NCBI GenBank assembly: GCA_963662265.2 | Contig: CAXXHA010000016.1 | Span: 1 to 64,000, forward strand | Source: Spirochaetia bacterium | GTDB lineage: Bacteria; Spirochaetota; Spirochaetia; CADAEX01 | Direction of reading: 5' to 3' | DNA: 64,000 nucleotides | In this document: piece by piece, positions 63,701 through 64,000 of the stretch | Position numbering within the stretch: the first letter of the stretch is position 1 | Layout of the letters: the number at the start of each line of letters is the position of its first letter | The notes under the pieces: generated by a model | Databases searched by the model: none | Told to the model about the DNA's origin: nothing | The model's input: only the letters and a program-made list of their open reading frames with translations | Made by a program: the position numbers and the translations under genes

Positions 63701-64000
63701 TGATGAATCAATAGATATCGGGAGACGCTATTCAGGTGACCGTGATTATTTCAGCCTGACTGCATTGACCGGCGACATAATCAGGGATCTTGAAAACAGC
63801 AGTACAGGGAAAGATAAGATAATAATTCCCTGCAGTGAGGGAAACGATATCGGGGGGCAGTACAGCCAGCTGTTAAAGACATTTCTCACCAACGCCGGGC
63901 TTGAAAATATCAGGATTGAGTCTCCTTTCATTGAAGATCTTATAAATAATGAATGGGGAGATCTGGAACCGTTTCTGCTGAATATCATCGCCGGTGATAT
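60716..64000 (+). CDS. CoA-substrate-specific enzyme activase (two BcrAD/BadFG ATPase domains + DUF2229-like region); partial, apparent +1 frameshift near 61180
   Basis: GIDIGYT, IEIGGQSS, DCAAGTGSFLEEQ. After the A-run: RIAGRCSVFAKTD, GIDAGSTS, EIGGQDSKYI, ICAAGTGSFIEEQ, GIPR, HGCGPDS, EIDEH. Runs off the window end. Confidence 0.9.

Overview
Bacterial chromosomal window, roughly 38-40% GC by eye. It most likely comes from a free-living anaerobic spirochaete (Spirochaetales-like), inferred from the HEAT-repeat gene, GAF-PAS cyclase, lipoprotein + LysM pair and Ig-like lipoprotein. About 50 ordinary metabolic, transport and regulatory genes are present. They include two MarR-led operons, a NatAB-like ABC exporter, two two-component systems, a sigma-54-driven amino-acid catabolic cluster (NhaC-type transporter, ortA, ortB, dmpA, ThrC-like enzyme, racemase), an nqrBCDEF-like cluster without nqrA, glpK, a glpA/FAD-oxidoreductase/DUF1667 operon and a CoA-activase running off the right end. 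I saw no rRNA, tRNA, CRISPR array, transposase or phage genes. Nine frameshifts, each repaired by removing one base from a homopolymer run, point to long-read error rather than pseudogenes. The least explained signals are mostly non-coding: (i) a ~70-nt two-hairpin element with covarying stems just upstream of ribosome-binding sites (three tandem copies before ortA, one before a CMP-kinase-like/BON gene); (ii) a GC-rich multi-stem candidate ncRNA at ~46.3 kb; (iii) a modular MITE family in 5' regions; (iv) a relay of mutually exclusive hairpins after the NhaC gene. Coding oddities include a tandem kinase/pseudokinase-like hypothetical protein, ortAB without its usual ornithine-pathway partners, and a deaminase-like protein encoded separately from RluA. 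All family assignments come from motif recognition by eye; no database searches were run.
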